Source of the DNA: Eledone cirrhosa
Lineage: Eukaryota
Assembly: GCA_964016885.1 (NCBI GenBank)
Contig: OZ024750.1
Coordinates: 40,300,001-40,364,000 of the forward strand
Length of the DNA: 64,000 nt
Direction of reading: 5' to 3'
Shown here: in pieces, positions 11,022 through 22,125 of the stretch
Layout of the letters: each line of letters opens with the position of its first letter
Numbering within the stretch: the stretch's first letter is position 1
Translations under genes and position numbers: made by a program
The notes under the pieces: model-generated
The model's input: only the letters and a program-made list of their open reading frames with translations
Database searches by the model: none
What the model was told of the DNA's origin: nothing

Positions 11022-11652
11022 GTGAAAGAAGAGGAAAAAGAGGAGACGAGGGAAGCACCTACTCTTTGTGCTCCTGAGGAGAAGGGCTGCACATTTTTTC
11101 CGGGGTGTGTGCGACCCATGTTAATGCCCCCTCCCTATTGAGGACTTCGTTTGTTGTTGTTATTTCATTGTTATATTTTTGTACTCGTTAATTATATGTA
11201 AACTTCCCCCCTTGTATCTGTCCCTACCTTTTGTGCCCTAGTGGCAAATAAAGAAACCACTCTATATATACTATTGTATTTTCACAGTAAAGGCTTTACC
11301 TCACATAATATCTCACATAACATTTACATTACTCTATATATACTATTGTATTGTCACAGTAAAGGCTTTACCTCACATAATATCTCATATAATAATGAAT
11401 CTATGACATTTTGATATTATTTATTTTGAGGACAATACCTTAACATTAGTATGAGCAACTGGTTACAGCTGGTTTGAACAGAAAGAGGTGAGAGAGTTCT
11501 GGCTGGATACAACTGGTTTAAATGCTAAAGGGTTTAAACTATTGCTAATATTTAATTCTACCCAACTTTTGAATAAATATGTAGGACACAAAAATTCCAC
11601 CAAGTATTACAGAATATACATAAAATATATATTATATATTATACATTATACA

Positions 11653-11928
11653 ATGTTACAGAAATAAAGCACACACAACTGGTATTCTTTATGCTTTTTG
11701 CTCTGTTTACACCGAGAAAACGACTGAGCCAGCATTTTCCCCTCTATATCCCACATACACCCATACCAAACAATTGAAACAGGTTGCATAATTATGTTAC
11801 AGAAATAAGACACAAACAACTGGTTTCCGTTATGCTTTTTGCTCTGATTACACTAAGAAAACGACTGAGTCAGCATTTCCCACTCTACAGTCCACATTCA
11901 CCCATTCTAAACTATGTGATAGGTTGCC
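11653..11928. repeat. Diverged tandem duplication of about 140 bp
   Basis: ATGTTACAGAAATAA...GAAAACGACTGAG...AGGTTGC occurs twice in succession. Confidence 0.8.
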
Positions 11929-12300
11929 CCAACGTACCAGTGTCTGCTCTATTCTAGGAATGACCTCACATTCTTTCTTAATTACTAAGATTTCCCATTT
12001 TGTTTTTGTTGGATTAAAACATTTTATCTTAGTTATTCACCCTTTGTGAGGTGGTCCCTAATCTTATAGCCCAAGGCAAGGCAATCACCTAGTTTCCCCT
12101 CATACATAGCGCCGGTCCTGCATATATCTATGTAATTAAATATCTCCAAATCTCATGAATATTCATAAATACATAAATATATTTGTAAACATCACATAAT
12201 TAGAAAGTATCAGTGAAATTTGAAAACTGAATTAAATTAATTATTTTGTCATATTTTTTTAATTACAGAAAATAGTCAAATAACAACAGCATATATAAAC

Positions 12301-12832
12301 CAGAGGTTCTTAAACTTTTGAGGTCACCGCCCCCTCACGGCCACATAATACCCTCAGCCCCCCCCCCATATTTCCAGAGAGACCTACCTACACACAAATT
12401 GTAAATAATATATAATAAATAAGATCATTAATTTATATATAATAAATAATATAATATATATTATATATAAATAAATATATATTTATTTTTACTATATTTA
12501 TATATAATTGTTTATACTTTGAGGACAAGGCCATCAATTATCCCAGTGCATTACTGGTAGTTTATGCTATTGACCCCTCTAAGGATGAAAGGCAAAGTTA
12601 ATTTCAGTGGGATTTGAACTCAGAACATAAAGGGCCATAACTCTATGCTGCAAGTATATTGTCTGACGCTCTACCGATACTGCCAATCCCGCTTATTTAT
12701 ATTTATATATATGTATTATTTGATATCTAATATACTGTTATATCATCTCTACTGCCCCCTTAGGCCCAGTGCCCCATGGACCTTCTCAACAAGCCCCGGG
12801 GGTGGCAGTAGCACCCAGTTTGAGAACCTCTG
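12301..12832 (+). mobile_element. hAT-type MITE with nested SINE (12505-12692, minus)
   Basis: TIR CAGAGGTTCTTAAAC / GTTTGAGAACCTCTG; 8-bp TSD ATATAAAC / ATATAAGC. Confidence 0.88.
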
Positions 12833-13059
12833 ATATAAGCCATTAGAAGGGAATAAAAGGTCATTAGCACACCTGTAATTTTCACAAAAATAAGAGGTGT
12901 GGGATCAATTCGCATGCACACTAATGCCCACTTTTCCCCCTCCCAGGGGCTTATATACTCTCTATTCTGTTATTATTAAACTATTTTCTGTAGTAAAAAA
13001 ATAAAGAAGTTACTAATTCAATTCAATTACAGAACAATCTTATTATTTCGTTATTTTTA

Positions 13060-13160
13060 CCGAGGTTGACTTTGCCTTTCATCCTTACGGGGTCGATAAA
13101 ATAAAGTACCAGTAATGCACTGGGTAATTGCTGGCCTTGTGCCTAAAGTAGAAACAATTA
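13060..13160 (+). mobile_element. 5'-truncated SINE family 1
   Basis: CCGAGGTTGACTTTGCCTTTCATCC...GTAGAAACAATTATT. Confidence 0.85.
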
Positions 13161-13421
13161 TTTACATTACTACATATAAACTGAAATATATTTAAGTACA
13201 TATAAACCTCTTATAAATGTACTATTAAACTTTATTTGACCTACTATCTAATAAGTTCACTTTCCTTACCATCAGCCAACACTTGCAGCAAGCTTGTAAT
13301 ATTTGCTTCACTTATCTTTTACAGTTTAGGAAATAAAATGTTTCCCCCACTTTTTATATAAATTGAACAGGTATTGGGTTATGTATATTGAACAGGTATT
13401 GGGTTTTATATAAATTGAATA

Positions 13422-15929
13422 GCACTAACACTTTACAGAGTATACTGGGTGTATTTTATCATAGTATCCCTGCACTAACACTTTACAGAGTATACTGGGT
13501 GTATTTTATCATAGTATCCCTGCACTAACACTTTACAGAGTATACTGGATGTATTTTATCATAGTATCCCTGCACTAACACTTTACAGAGTATACTGGAT
13601 GTATTTTATCATAGTATCCCTGCACTAACACTTTACAGAGTATACTGGGTGTATTTTATCATAGTACTCCTGCACTAACACTTTACAGAGTATACTGGGT
13701 GTATTTTATCATAGTACTCCTGCACTAACACTTTACAGAGTATACTGGGTGTATTTTATCATAGTACTCCTGCACTAACACTTTACAGAGTATACTGGGT
13801 GTATTTTATCATAGTATCCCTGCACTAACACTTTACAGAGTATACTGGATGTATTTTATCATAGTACTCCTGCACTAACACTTTACAGAGTATACTGGGT
13901 GTATTTTATCATAGTATCCCTGCACTAACACTTTACAGAGTATACTGGGTATATTTTATCATAGTACTCCTACACTAACACTTTACAGAGTATACTGGGT
14001 GTATTTTATCATGGCACCCCTGCACTAACACTTTACAGAGTATACTGGGTGTATTTTATCATGGCACCCCTGCACTAACACTTTACAGAGCATACTGGGT
14101 GTATTTTATCATAGTACTCCTGCACTAACACTTTACAGAGTATACTGGGTGTATTTTATCATAGTATCCCTGCACTAACACTTTACAGAGTATACTGGGT
14201 GTATTTTATCATAGTACTCCTGCACTAACACTTTACAGAGTATACTGGGTGTATTTTATCATAGTATCCCTGCACTAACACTTTACAGAGTATACTGGGT
14301 GTATTTTATCATAGTACTCCTGCACTAACACTTTACAGAGTATACTGGGTGTATTTTATCATAGTATCCCTGCACTAACACTTTACAGAGTATACTGGGT
14401 GTATTTTATCATAGTATCCCTGCACTAACACTTTACAGAGTATACTGGGTGTATTTTATCATGGCACCCCTGCACTAACACTTTACAGAGTATACTGGGT
14501 GTATGTTATCATAGTACTCCTGCACTAACACTTTACAGAGTATACTGGGTGTATTTTATCATAGTATCCCTGCACTAACACTTTACAGAGTATACTGGGT
14601 GTATTTTATCATAGTACTCCTGCACTAACACTTTACAGAGTATACTGGGTGTATTTTATCATAGTACTCCTGCACTAACACTTTACAGAGTATACTGGGT
14701 GTATTTTATCATGGCACACCTGCACTAACACTTTACAGAGTATACTGGGTGTATTTTATCATAGTACTCCTGCACTAACACTTTACAGAGTATACTGGGT
14801 GTATTTTATCATAGTACTCCTGCACTAACACTTTACAGAGTATACTGGGTGTATTTTATCATAGTATCCCTGCACTAACACTTTACAGAGTATACTGGGT
14901 GTATTTTATCATAGTACTCCTGCACTAACACTTTACAGAGTATACTGGGTGTATTTTATCATAGTACTCCTGCACTAACACTTTCCAGAGAATACTGGGT
15001 GTATTTTATCATGGCACCCCTGCACTAACACTTTACAGAGTATACTGGGTGTATTTTATCATGGCACCCCTGCACTAACACTTTACAGAGTATACTGGGT
15101 GTATTTTATCATAGTACTCCTGCACTAACACTTTACAGAGTATACTGGGTGTATTTTATCATAGTACTCCTGCACTAACACTTTACAGAGTATACTGGGT
15201 GTATTTTATCATAGTATCCCTGCACTAACACTTTACAGAGTATACTGGATGTATTTTATCATAGTACTCCTGCACTAACACTTTACAGAGTATACTGGGT
15301 GTATTTTATCATAGTATCCCTGCACTAACACTTTACAGAGTATACTGGGTGTATTTTATCATAGTACTCCTGCACTAACACTTTACAGAGTATACTGGTG
15401 TATTTTATCATGGCACCCCTGCACTAACACTTTACAGAGTATACTGGGTGTATTTTATCATAGTACTCCTGCACTAACACTTTACAGAGTATACTGGGTG
15501 TATTTTATCATGGCACCCCTGCACTAACACTTTACAGAGTATACTGGGTGTATTTTATCATAGGACCTCTGCACTAACACTTTACAGAGTATACTGGGTG
15601 TATTTTATCATAGTACTCCTGCACTAACACTTTACAGAGTATACTGGGTGTATTTTATCATAGGACCTCTGCACTAACACTTTACAGTGTAGACTGGGTG
15701 TATTTTATCATAGCACTCCTGCACTAACACTTTACAGAGTATACTGGGTGTATTTTATCATAGGACCTCTGCACTAACACTTTACAGAGTATACTGGGTG
15801 TATTTTATCATAGTACTCCTGCACTAACACTTTACAGAGTATACTGGATGTATTTTATCATAGGATCCCTGCACTAACACTTTACAGAGTATACTGGGTG
15901 TATTTTATCATAGGACCTCTGCACTAACA
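13422..15929. repeat. 50-bp minisatellite, about 50 copies
   Basis: Unit TGCACTAACACTTTACAGAGTATACTGGGTGTATTTTATCAT + a variable 8-mer (AGTACTCC, AGTATCCC, GGCACCCC, AGGACCTC). Confidence 0.97.
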
Positions 15930-16691
15930 TGTTAACTGATGTGAAATATTATCTCAGTTTCTTGACTGAAAGATGTACTTCTCCGTAGGGGTTGAGAGGA
16001 ACAACAACAACAACAACAACAACAACATAATAATAATATGACCACATGTTTAATGACTGGAGAAAACAGTTTAGTCTAAAGAAGAAGAAGAAAGACACAA
16101 ACTACTTCCCTGACAAGAGGTTGTCCCTTAAAAACTAGCTGCTTACCCAGCAGCCATTGAAAAGGAGCTAGAAAGAGAAGGGGAACTAAAATGAGTCTGA
16201 CAGGTGCTGGCTCAAGAGACCTCAATGTAGTTCATTGTTATTCAGAGTAGGGAGTTCTGTTCAGCTGATGAAAGGAACCAGAAACTATCTAACTGAAATT
16301 TGAGCTTAGTAAAATGGGTTTTTATTAAATAAAAAGGAATGTACATTAAGGGTTTTAGAATTTTCTTTATATGGGGTTTGAAAGCTTTTTATCTATTTAT
16401 CTTTCTATTTTACTACCTCTACTTTTTTTTTTTTTTATATATTTACCATGTGACCTTGTTTAAGAAAATGTGTTTCAAAGAGAGGACAGAACAGTCCCAT
16501 AGTTTCCCATGTGAATGATAGAGTCTATAGGAGATAGATAAAGGGTTTTAAAGGGTATATATAAATATATATATATATATATATAAATATATTCCTGTAC
16601 TTTTGCAGGATTTATTTTCTTTTATATGAGTGTGTTGGTGCTGAAAAGCTTTATATATATATGTGTGTGTATGTGTGTATATATATATATA

Positions 16692-19600
16692 TAGTTTTGC
16701 GAGGTTTTTTATATGAAATCGTGTGTCGAAACAGATATTGTTATATTTGGGGAGGGTCATATTTGCGTAATATTGCCAGAATTAATAACAGAACACACTC
16801 ACTGTTTGGTTGGTTTTCGCTTCTCGCTGTCTTTTATATATATATATATATCTGCGATCTAACTTACTCGGTCCTCAATGTTGCCATTGACTGACCGGCG
16901 GTCAAAAATAATACAGATACAATATAGACAAACACATATATATATAGTTTACATAATTTACATAAATCTTTCGTTGCACATCTGCAACATCGTCAGTGGT
17001 GTTATATTCATTGTTCCTCCTGTTGTGTTGTATGTCTACGCCATTTTTTTGTTCAGTCTGTCTATATATTTATTTATTTGCTTGTTTGTTTATCTTATTT
17101 TATTTTGTCTTCTTTGCGCATGCGTTTGCGTGTGTGTATAGTGTTATGTGTGATGTGTGACTAGTGTGTATAGTGTTGTGTCTGCTGGGTGACTAGTGTG
17201 TGTTTATGTGCTTGTGTATGTATTTATTTATCTTATTTTATTTTATTTTATTTACTTATTTATTTATACTTCTCTTAGGTCAGTGTTGTTTGTTTGGGTG
17301 TTGTTGTTGTTCCACTCATTCTTTCTGTTTAGCTTTGGTCTTCTAATTTCTATTTCACTGGCCTCTCTGATTTGCCTATCTGCTGGGTCATTCCTATGTT
17401 TAGATATTATTCTAATTTCTATGTTGTCTATGTTACCGTCATGTTGTTGCCTAGCATGTTCGTATAGTACTGACCCATTTTTTCGTCCTTTTAGTTCCCC
17501 CCAGTGTTGGTCTATCCTTTCACCTATGCTACGAGCTGTCTCACCTATGTATGTTGTTGTCGTGTTTCTGCAAGTACCCTCTGTACATCTTATGCTATAG
17601 ACTACGTTTCTAGTTTTACAGTTTATCCGGGGGTTCACCTTACATATGATACATTTCCTATTGGTACAGTGGGTTTTCTTAAAAGGGTAGGTTTTGCTGA
17701 TCAGGGATTTTATGGTGGTTCCTGGCTTTTCTACCACCTTTATTTTTAAGTGGGTCTTTCTCAGGGCCTTTCTACACTGGTTAGCTAATTTCCCTCCAGG
17801 GGTGGCGTCCACAAACATGACACTCTGATATCTCTGGTTGTCGTACCATGATGTGGCCTTCCCTATCTTATGTCTAGCCCTATCTAAGCTATTCCATGAT
17901 TTGCTCCTGTATAGTGGGCAAATTCCTTTCATGTCCAGTTCTATGAGGGTCTTATACTTTTCCATGGCTCCTTCGTATACTCTGACTCTGTCTCTTTGGT
18001 TGTAGCCAGAGAACTGCATGCGGTTGATGAAGTGTTGGATGTGTCCTTCCATTTCTGTTGGGTCGCACATGCTGGACACATTCTTCATCACTCGTACCAA
18101 ATCTGCGATCAGAATATTAAACTTAGCACTACTGGACATTGCTGAGTTTTTGAGTATCAGGTATTTGGAGGCCATGGGTTTAGCATAGTGTGAGTGGAGA
18201 ATTTGGGCTCTCTCGTCTATAGTGTTAATCCAGAGTTCTGTGTCTAATACAGGTAGTCTATTGTTAGGGTGTTTGGAAGGGAAGTCTATAGTTACAGTTA
18301 TACTCTGGTGTATGGAATTAGCTATCTGCTGGATGCTTTCCATCGTGCTACGTTCTAAATCAAACTTGTTAGTGCTCTCTAGTGGGGGTGTTCTTATAAC
18401 TATATTGATATCGTCTACATAACGAGAGTACATGATGAGGTCTATGGAGCTTTCATTAAGGAGATCTTTAAGTCTCCTTTCCCACCATACCATGAAAAGG
18501 TTGGCAACATCACCAGCTATGCTGACGCCGATGGCTGCTCCCTCATTTTGGGTGTAGATTTTCTCATTGAACTTAAATATGTGGCCCTTTAGGGTAGTTT
18601 TGATACTAGCCCCTATTGCATGTGCGACCATTTTTCTTACCTGATCAGTGTTTTGGGGGGTCCGTATAGCTTTGGTCCACCCAATCCACCTTCCTATGGG
18701 AGTCTTTTTAGCCATTGAGGTTATGGTGGGGGGTCTACCTCTTATAGGTCTACTAGGGCAGAAACATCTAAGGTCATGGCAGTCTAGGTAGTCAGTGTCG
18801 TAGGTAAGTCTAAGTAGGAGGCCCAGTTCGTCTGTGTCGACGTCGCAGAACTCCACCTCACTCTCAATGATCATCTCCACACATCTTTTCACAGCAAAAT
18901 CAATGTTAATGGATGGGTACAGTGACACCACATCCATGCTGCCTATTATGCAGTTGGATAGGCTCCTGTTTTTGTTGCACTCACTGATTCTGCTGAGGAG
19001 GTCCTCTGTACTTTCACATACATCTGGGGACATCTTGATTATGGGGCGTATAACCATTGAGAGGAAGTAGGAGATCCTGTAGTTGCTAGCTATATTAGCT
19101 CCGCATACGGGTCTTGTTGGTGGTCCTGTTGTCGGGTCGTCGACTGTCTTGTGGTCTTTGCGGAGCCCATACAAGGGTGGTATGCCATTGTTAGACGCCT
19201 GGAAGTTGTTGGCAGTGCGTCTGCTTGGCTTTAGGATGTCAGTCCACATCATCATGTGAGCGTTGAGGATTTTTTCTCTCCCATCGTGTGTTAGTTGTGC
19301 AACTTCGCTCGTGTTGGTGATGTGGGGTTGCATTGCCTCGATGTAGTTCGGCATGCTATCTATTGACATCCTACCGGACTTATCTGTGGGTAGACACACT
19401 ACCTCACCATCCCTTGTGCGCTGCTTGAGGCTAACCAAGCCTTCTACAGGTTTTATCCCAAGTTGTTGGGCCTCTGGTCTGCTCTGTCTCATAGTGTACC
19501 TGTCTACTACTTGTCTAATCTTATTTCTAGCTATGGTGAACTGTGCCTCCGTCTCGTCATCTATTTGCTGTGGTATGCAAACTCTTTTATTAAAGGGTAA

Positions 19601-21430
19601 CCTCGTAGGATAGATATTACCCATCTTATATGTTTTGTCAGCTGGGTTGAAAAATAGTTTCTCTAAGGGGTTGTCGTTATTTCTCTCGTCATAGTTGTGT
19701 GTGTTGCTATTATTGTTATCATGGTGGTTGTTGTTGTTTCTATCATTAGCATTAATATTATTATTGTTATGATTGCTAGATGTATTGTTGTTTACTTCAC
19801 CGTTATTGTTGTTGTTGTTACTGCTATTTCTACCATTGTGGTTGTTACTATTATTATGTTTCTTGTTTTTGTTGATGTTGCTACATGTACTATTTCCATT
19901 ATTACCACTGTGGTTATTGTTGTTGTTGTTGTTCGTATTGTTACCGTTATTACTACTGTGGTCACTGTTGCTGTGTCTGTGGTTAACGTTTCTATTATTA
20001 TTATTATTGTGGTTGTTGTTGTTCTGTCTATCGCTAGTATTATTACCATTATCACTATTTCTCACTTTCCTGCCATTGTTATGGTTATGGCTGTTATTTC
20101 TATACCCAGAGTTATTGTTTATATTACTACTACCGTTATTATTGTTGTTGTTGTTTACCTTTGCATTCCAACGTATTTTTGTGAAACACTTTTCCAGCTC
20201 CGTTTTGCATTCCATAGGGTTAATCTTTTTGTAGATGGCAAATTTTGGTGGTAACTTTAGGATTTGTTGTTCTTGTTCACTGATTAAAGTGTTCCCATAG
20301 ATATTTACTGTGTGGTCATTGGTAAATTCTTCCGGTAGTTTTACATCACTCATACGGATGTTGTCGATGTTATCTGGGTATTTTTGAGAATATTCGATTT
20401 TCCTTTCTTGTAGTTTTTTCTTATTCATCCATTCTAATTTCTTCTTGAAATGCCTACAGCATTCGTTTTGAGTATATTTCGTTTCGCGTCGGATGACGCT
20501 CATGAAGTCATCTCTCTCGTTTGCTGTGATGAGATTTCGGATTTCCTTACCGTTGATGCGTTTTTGTCTGTAGAGTGCGTTGACTTTTGTGTATGTTGTT
20601 CTTTTCATATTAACTGTTATTGTGTGTTTTAGCCGTTCAGCTTGTGTTTTGTTCAATAATAAATTATTTACTTGTTTTGATATGTTTGTTGTGTGTGTTT
20701 TGGAGGAAACACAGTGTTTTAAGAAGCGGATTTGTTCTGTTGTTATTGTAGTTTTTATATAACAGAAAACAGTGTCTTTCAATAACCTTTCAGCTTGGCA
20801 CAAGCTAATGCCATAGCGGCGATGAATTAGTTTTGCGAGGTTTTTTATATGAAATCGTGTGTCGAAACAGATATTGTTATATTTGGGGAGGGTCATATTT
20901 GCGTAATATTGCCAGAATTAATAACAGAACACACTCACTGTTTGGTTGGTTTTCGCTTCTCGCTGTCTTTTATATATATATATCTGCGATCTAACTTACT
21001 CGGTCCTCAATGTTGCCATTGACTGACCGGCGGTCAAAAATAATACAGATACAATATAGACAAACACATATATATATAGTTTACATAATTTACATAAATC
21101 TTTCGTTGCACATCTGCAACATCGTCAGTGGTGTTATATTCATTGTTCCTCCTGTTGTGTTGTATGTCTACGCCATTTTTTTGTTCAGTCTGTCTATATA
21201 TTTATTTATTTATTTGCTTGTTTGTTTATCTTATTTTATTTTGTCTTCTTTGCGCATGCGTTTGCGCGTGTGTATAGTGTTATGTGTGATGTGTGACTAG
21301 TGTGAATAGTGTTGTGTCTGCTGGGTGACTAGTGTGTGTTTATGTGCTTGTGTATGTATTTATTTATCTTATTTTATTTTATTTTATTTACTTATTTATT
21401 TATACTTCTCTTAGGTCAGTGTTGTTTGTT
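16692..21430 (-). mobile_element. Penelope-like retroelement (Naiad-like) with direct pseudo-LTRs
   Basis: About 600-bp direct repeats 16692-17294 and 20828-21430 overlapping the ORF end and start (partial tandem); 3' end abuts (TA)n. Confidence 0.92.
17264..20896 (-). CDS. PLE polyprotein: reverse transcriptase + GIY-YIG endonuclease
   Basis: LKLPPKFA, PTDKSGR, YGLRKDHK, TRPV, SMDVVSLYPSI, QNEGAAIG, RYVDD, LPVLD; linker CX4CX2C..C; VVYSIRC...YIGETARSIGERIDQH; Asn-rich insert. Confidence 0.95.
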   Translation of the reverse strand: MTLPKYNNICFDTRFHIKNLAKLIHRRYGISLCQAERLLKDTVFCYIKTTITTEQIRFLKHCVSSKTHTTNISKQVNNLLLNKTQAERLKHTITVNMKRTTYTKVNALYRQKRINGKEIRNLITANERDDFMSVIRRETKYTQNECCRHFKKKLEWMNKKKLQERKIEYSQKYPDNIDNIRMSDVKLPEEFTNDHTVNIYGNTLISEQEQQILKLPPKFAIYKKINPMECKTELEKCFTKIRWNAKVNNNNNNNGSSNINNNSGYRNNSHNHNNGRKVRNSDNGNNTSDRQNNNNHNNNNNRNVNHRHSNSDHSSNNGNNTNNNNNNNHSGNNGNSTCSNINKNKKHNNSNNHNGRNSSNNNNNNGEVNNNTSSNHNNNNINANDRNNNNHHDNNNSNTHNYDERNNDNPLEKLFFNPADKTYKMGNIYPTRLPFNKRVCIPQQIDDETEAQFTIARNKIRQVVDRYTMRQSRPEAQQLGIKPVEGLVSLKQRTRDGEVVCLPTDKSGRMSIDSMPNYIEAMQPHITNTSEVAQLTHDGREKILNAHMMMWTDILKPSRRTANNFQASNNGIPPLYGLRKDHKTVDDPTTGPPTRPVCGANIASNYRISYFLSMVIRPIIKMSPDVCESTEDLLSRISECNKNRSLSNCIIGSMDVVSLYPSINIDFAVKRCVEMIIESEVEFCDVDTDELGLLLRLTYDTDYLDCHDLRCFCPSRPIRGRPPTITSMAKKTPIGRWIGWTKAIRTPQNTDQVRKMVAHAIGASIKTTLKGHIFKFNEKIYTQNEGAAIGVSIAGDVANLFMVWWERRLKDLLNESSIDLIMYSRYVDDINIVIRTPPLESTNKFDLERSTMESIQQIANSIHQSITVTIDFPSKHPNNRLPVLDTELWINTIDERAQILHSHYAKPMASKYLILKNSAMSSSAKFNILIADLVRVMKNVSSMCDPTEMEGHIQHFINRMQFSGYNQRDRVRVYEGAMEKYKTLIELDMKGICPLYRSKSWNSLDRARHKIGKATSWYDNQRYQSVMFVDATPGGKLANQCRKALRKTHLKIKVVEKPGTTIKSLISKTYPFKKTHCTNRKCIICKVNPRINCKTRNVVYSIRCTEGTCRNTTTTYIGETARSIGERIDQHWGELKGRKNGSVLYEHARQQHDGNIDNIEIRIISKHRNDPADRQIREASEIEIRRPKLNRKNEWNNNNTQTNNTDLREV

Positions 21431-21570
21431 CGATGGCTAATTCTGGACTAAATTTAGTCCAGAATTAGCCGTCGAAACGGCTTGAGCTCGTCGTCGGGGT
21501 CCTACTCGTTCCTATTACCCACTCTACTACCCTAAGTATTGAGTACTTGGTGCATTCCACATTTCCTTCG

Positions 21571-21572
<2 letters not shown>
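21431..21572 (+). mobile_element. Short (TA)n-associated PLE-type fragment (family P) fused to the PLE 5' end
   Basis: GTCCAGAATTAGCCGTCGAAACGGCTTGAGCTC...CCACATTTCCTTCGTTA also occurs at 27021, 41960 and 53668; begins with a palindrome. Confidence 0.75.
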
Positions 21573-21612
<40 letters not shown>

Positions 21613-22125
21613 AGGAGGTGACGGATCCAGCATAATTACCAATGCCAGGACCAGTTGTATCTCAGCGTACTCAATAGGCAATGTAAGATACATTCCCAGA
21701 GTATATATATATATACACACACACACATATATATATATATGTGTGTATCCAGCAAACTTCAATCGTTAAGGTTGTCTTTTTTACGGGTATGTCAATATTT
21801 ATTTATAAAACAAATCTGTATTTTATCTGATGAAAGTGCACCATAATTTTCCTTGGTTGCCTTTGAAATATATATAATAAAATAATTATGGTTTTATAAA
21901 TATAGTTTCCATTTATTAATATATTGAATATTTACTCCACCATTGTTGAGTGCTTTATATCAGTTATAAAATTTTTAAGCTTGTTGAATCCCAACAAATT
22001 AAATATAACCTCTGCATATATATATATATATATATAATAGTTATAATAATAAATTTGAAGACTAAAATCCAAAGAGGGCTCGATAAGGATAAATATATAT
22101 CGAATATATAAGAACCGTAGAGCAA

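Larger units (their letters stand above)
5618..11258 (+). mobile_element. Full-length intact Tx1/L1-clade LINE copy B
   Basis: 5' UTR, two open ORFs separated by 21 nt, T-rich 3' UTR ending AATAAAGAAACC. Confidence 0.95.
3554..11532 (-). mobile_element. Composite element: piggyBac-type MITE with expanded 72-bp array and nested full-length LINE
   Basis: Begins CCCTTTA (3554, after GTAA) and ends TAAAGGG (11532, before TTTAA); 11395-11532 is the reverse complement of the unique part of the empty MITEs; 72-bp units lie on both sides of the LINE. Confidence 0.85.

Noticed and set aside
13422-15929. CRISPR-like array (constant repeat plus variable part)
   Set aside because: The variable part is only ~8 nt with a few recurring variants, there are no unique spacers or cas genes, and the context is eukaryotic.
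16692-17294. True LTR of an LTR retrotransposon
   Set aside because: No TG...CA ends, PBS or integrase; the repeats overlap the ORF ends, as in PLE partial tandems.
17264-20896. Selenoprotein-type Naiad
   Set aside because: No in-frame UGA in the ORF, and no SECIS recognisable by eye.
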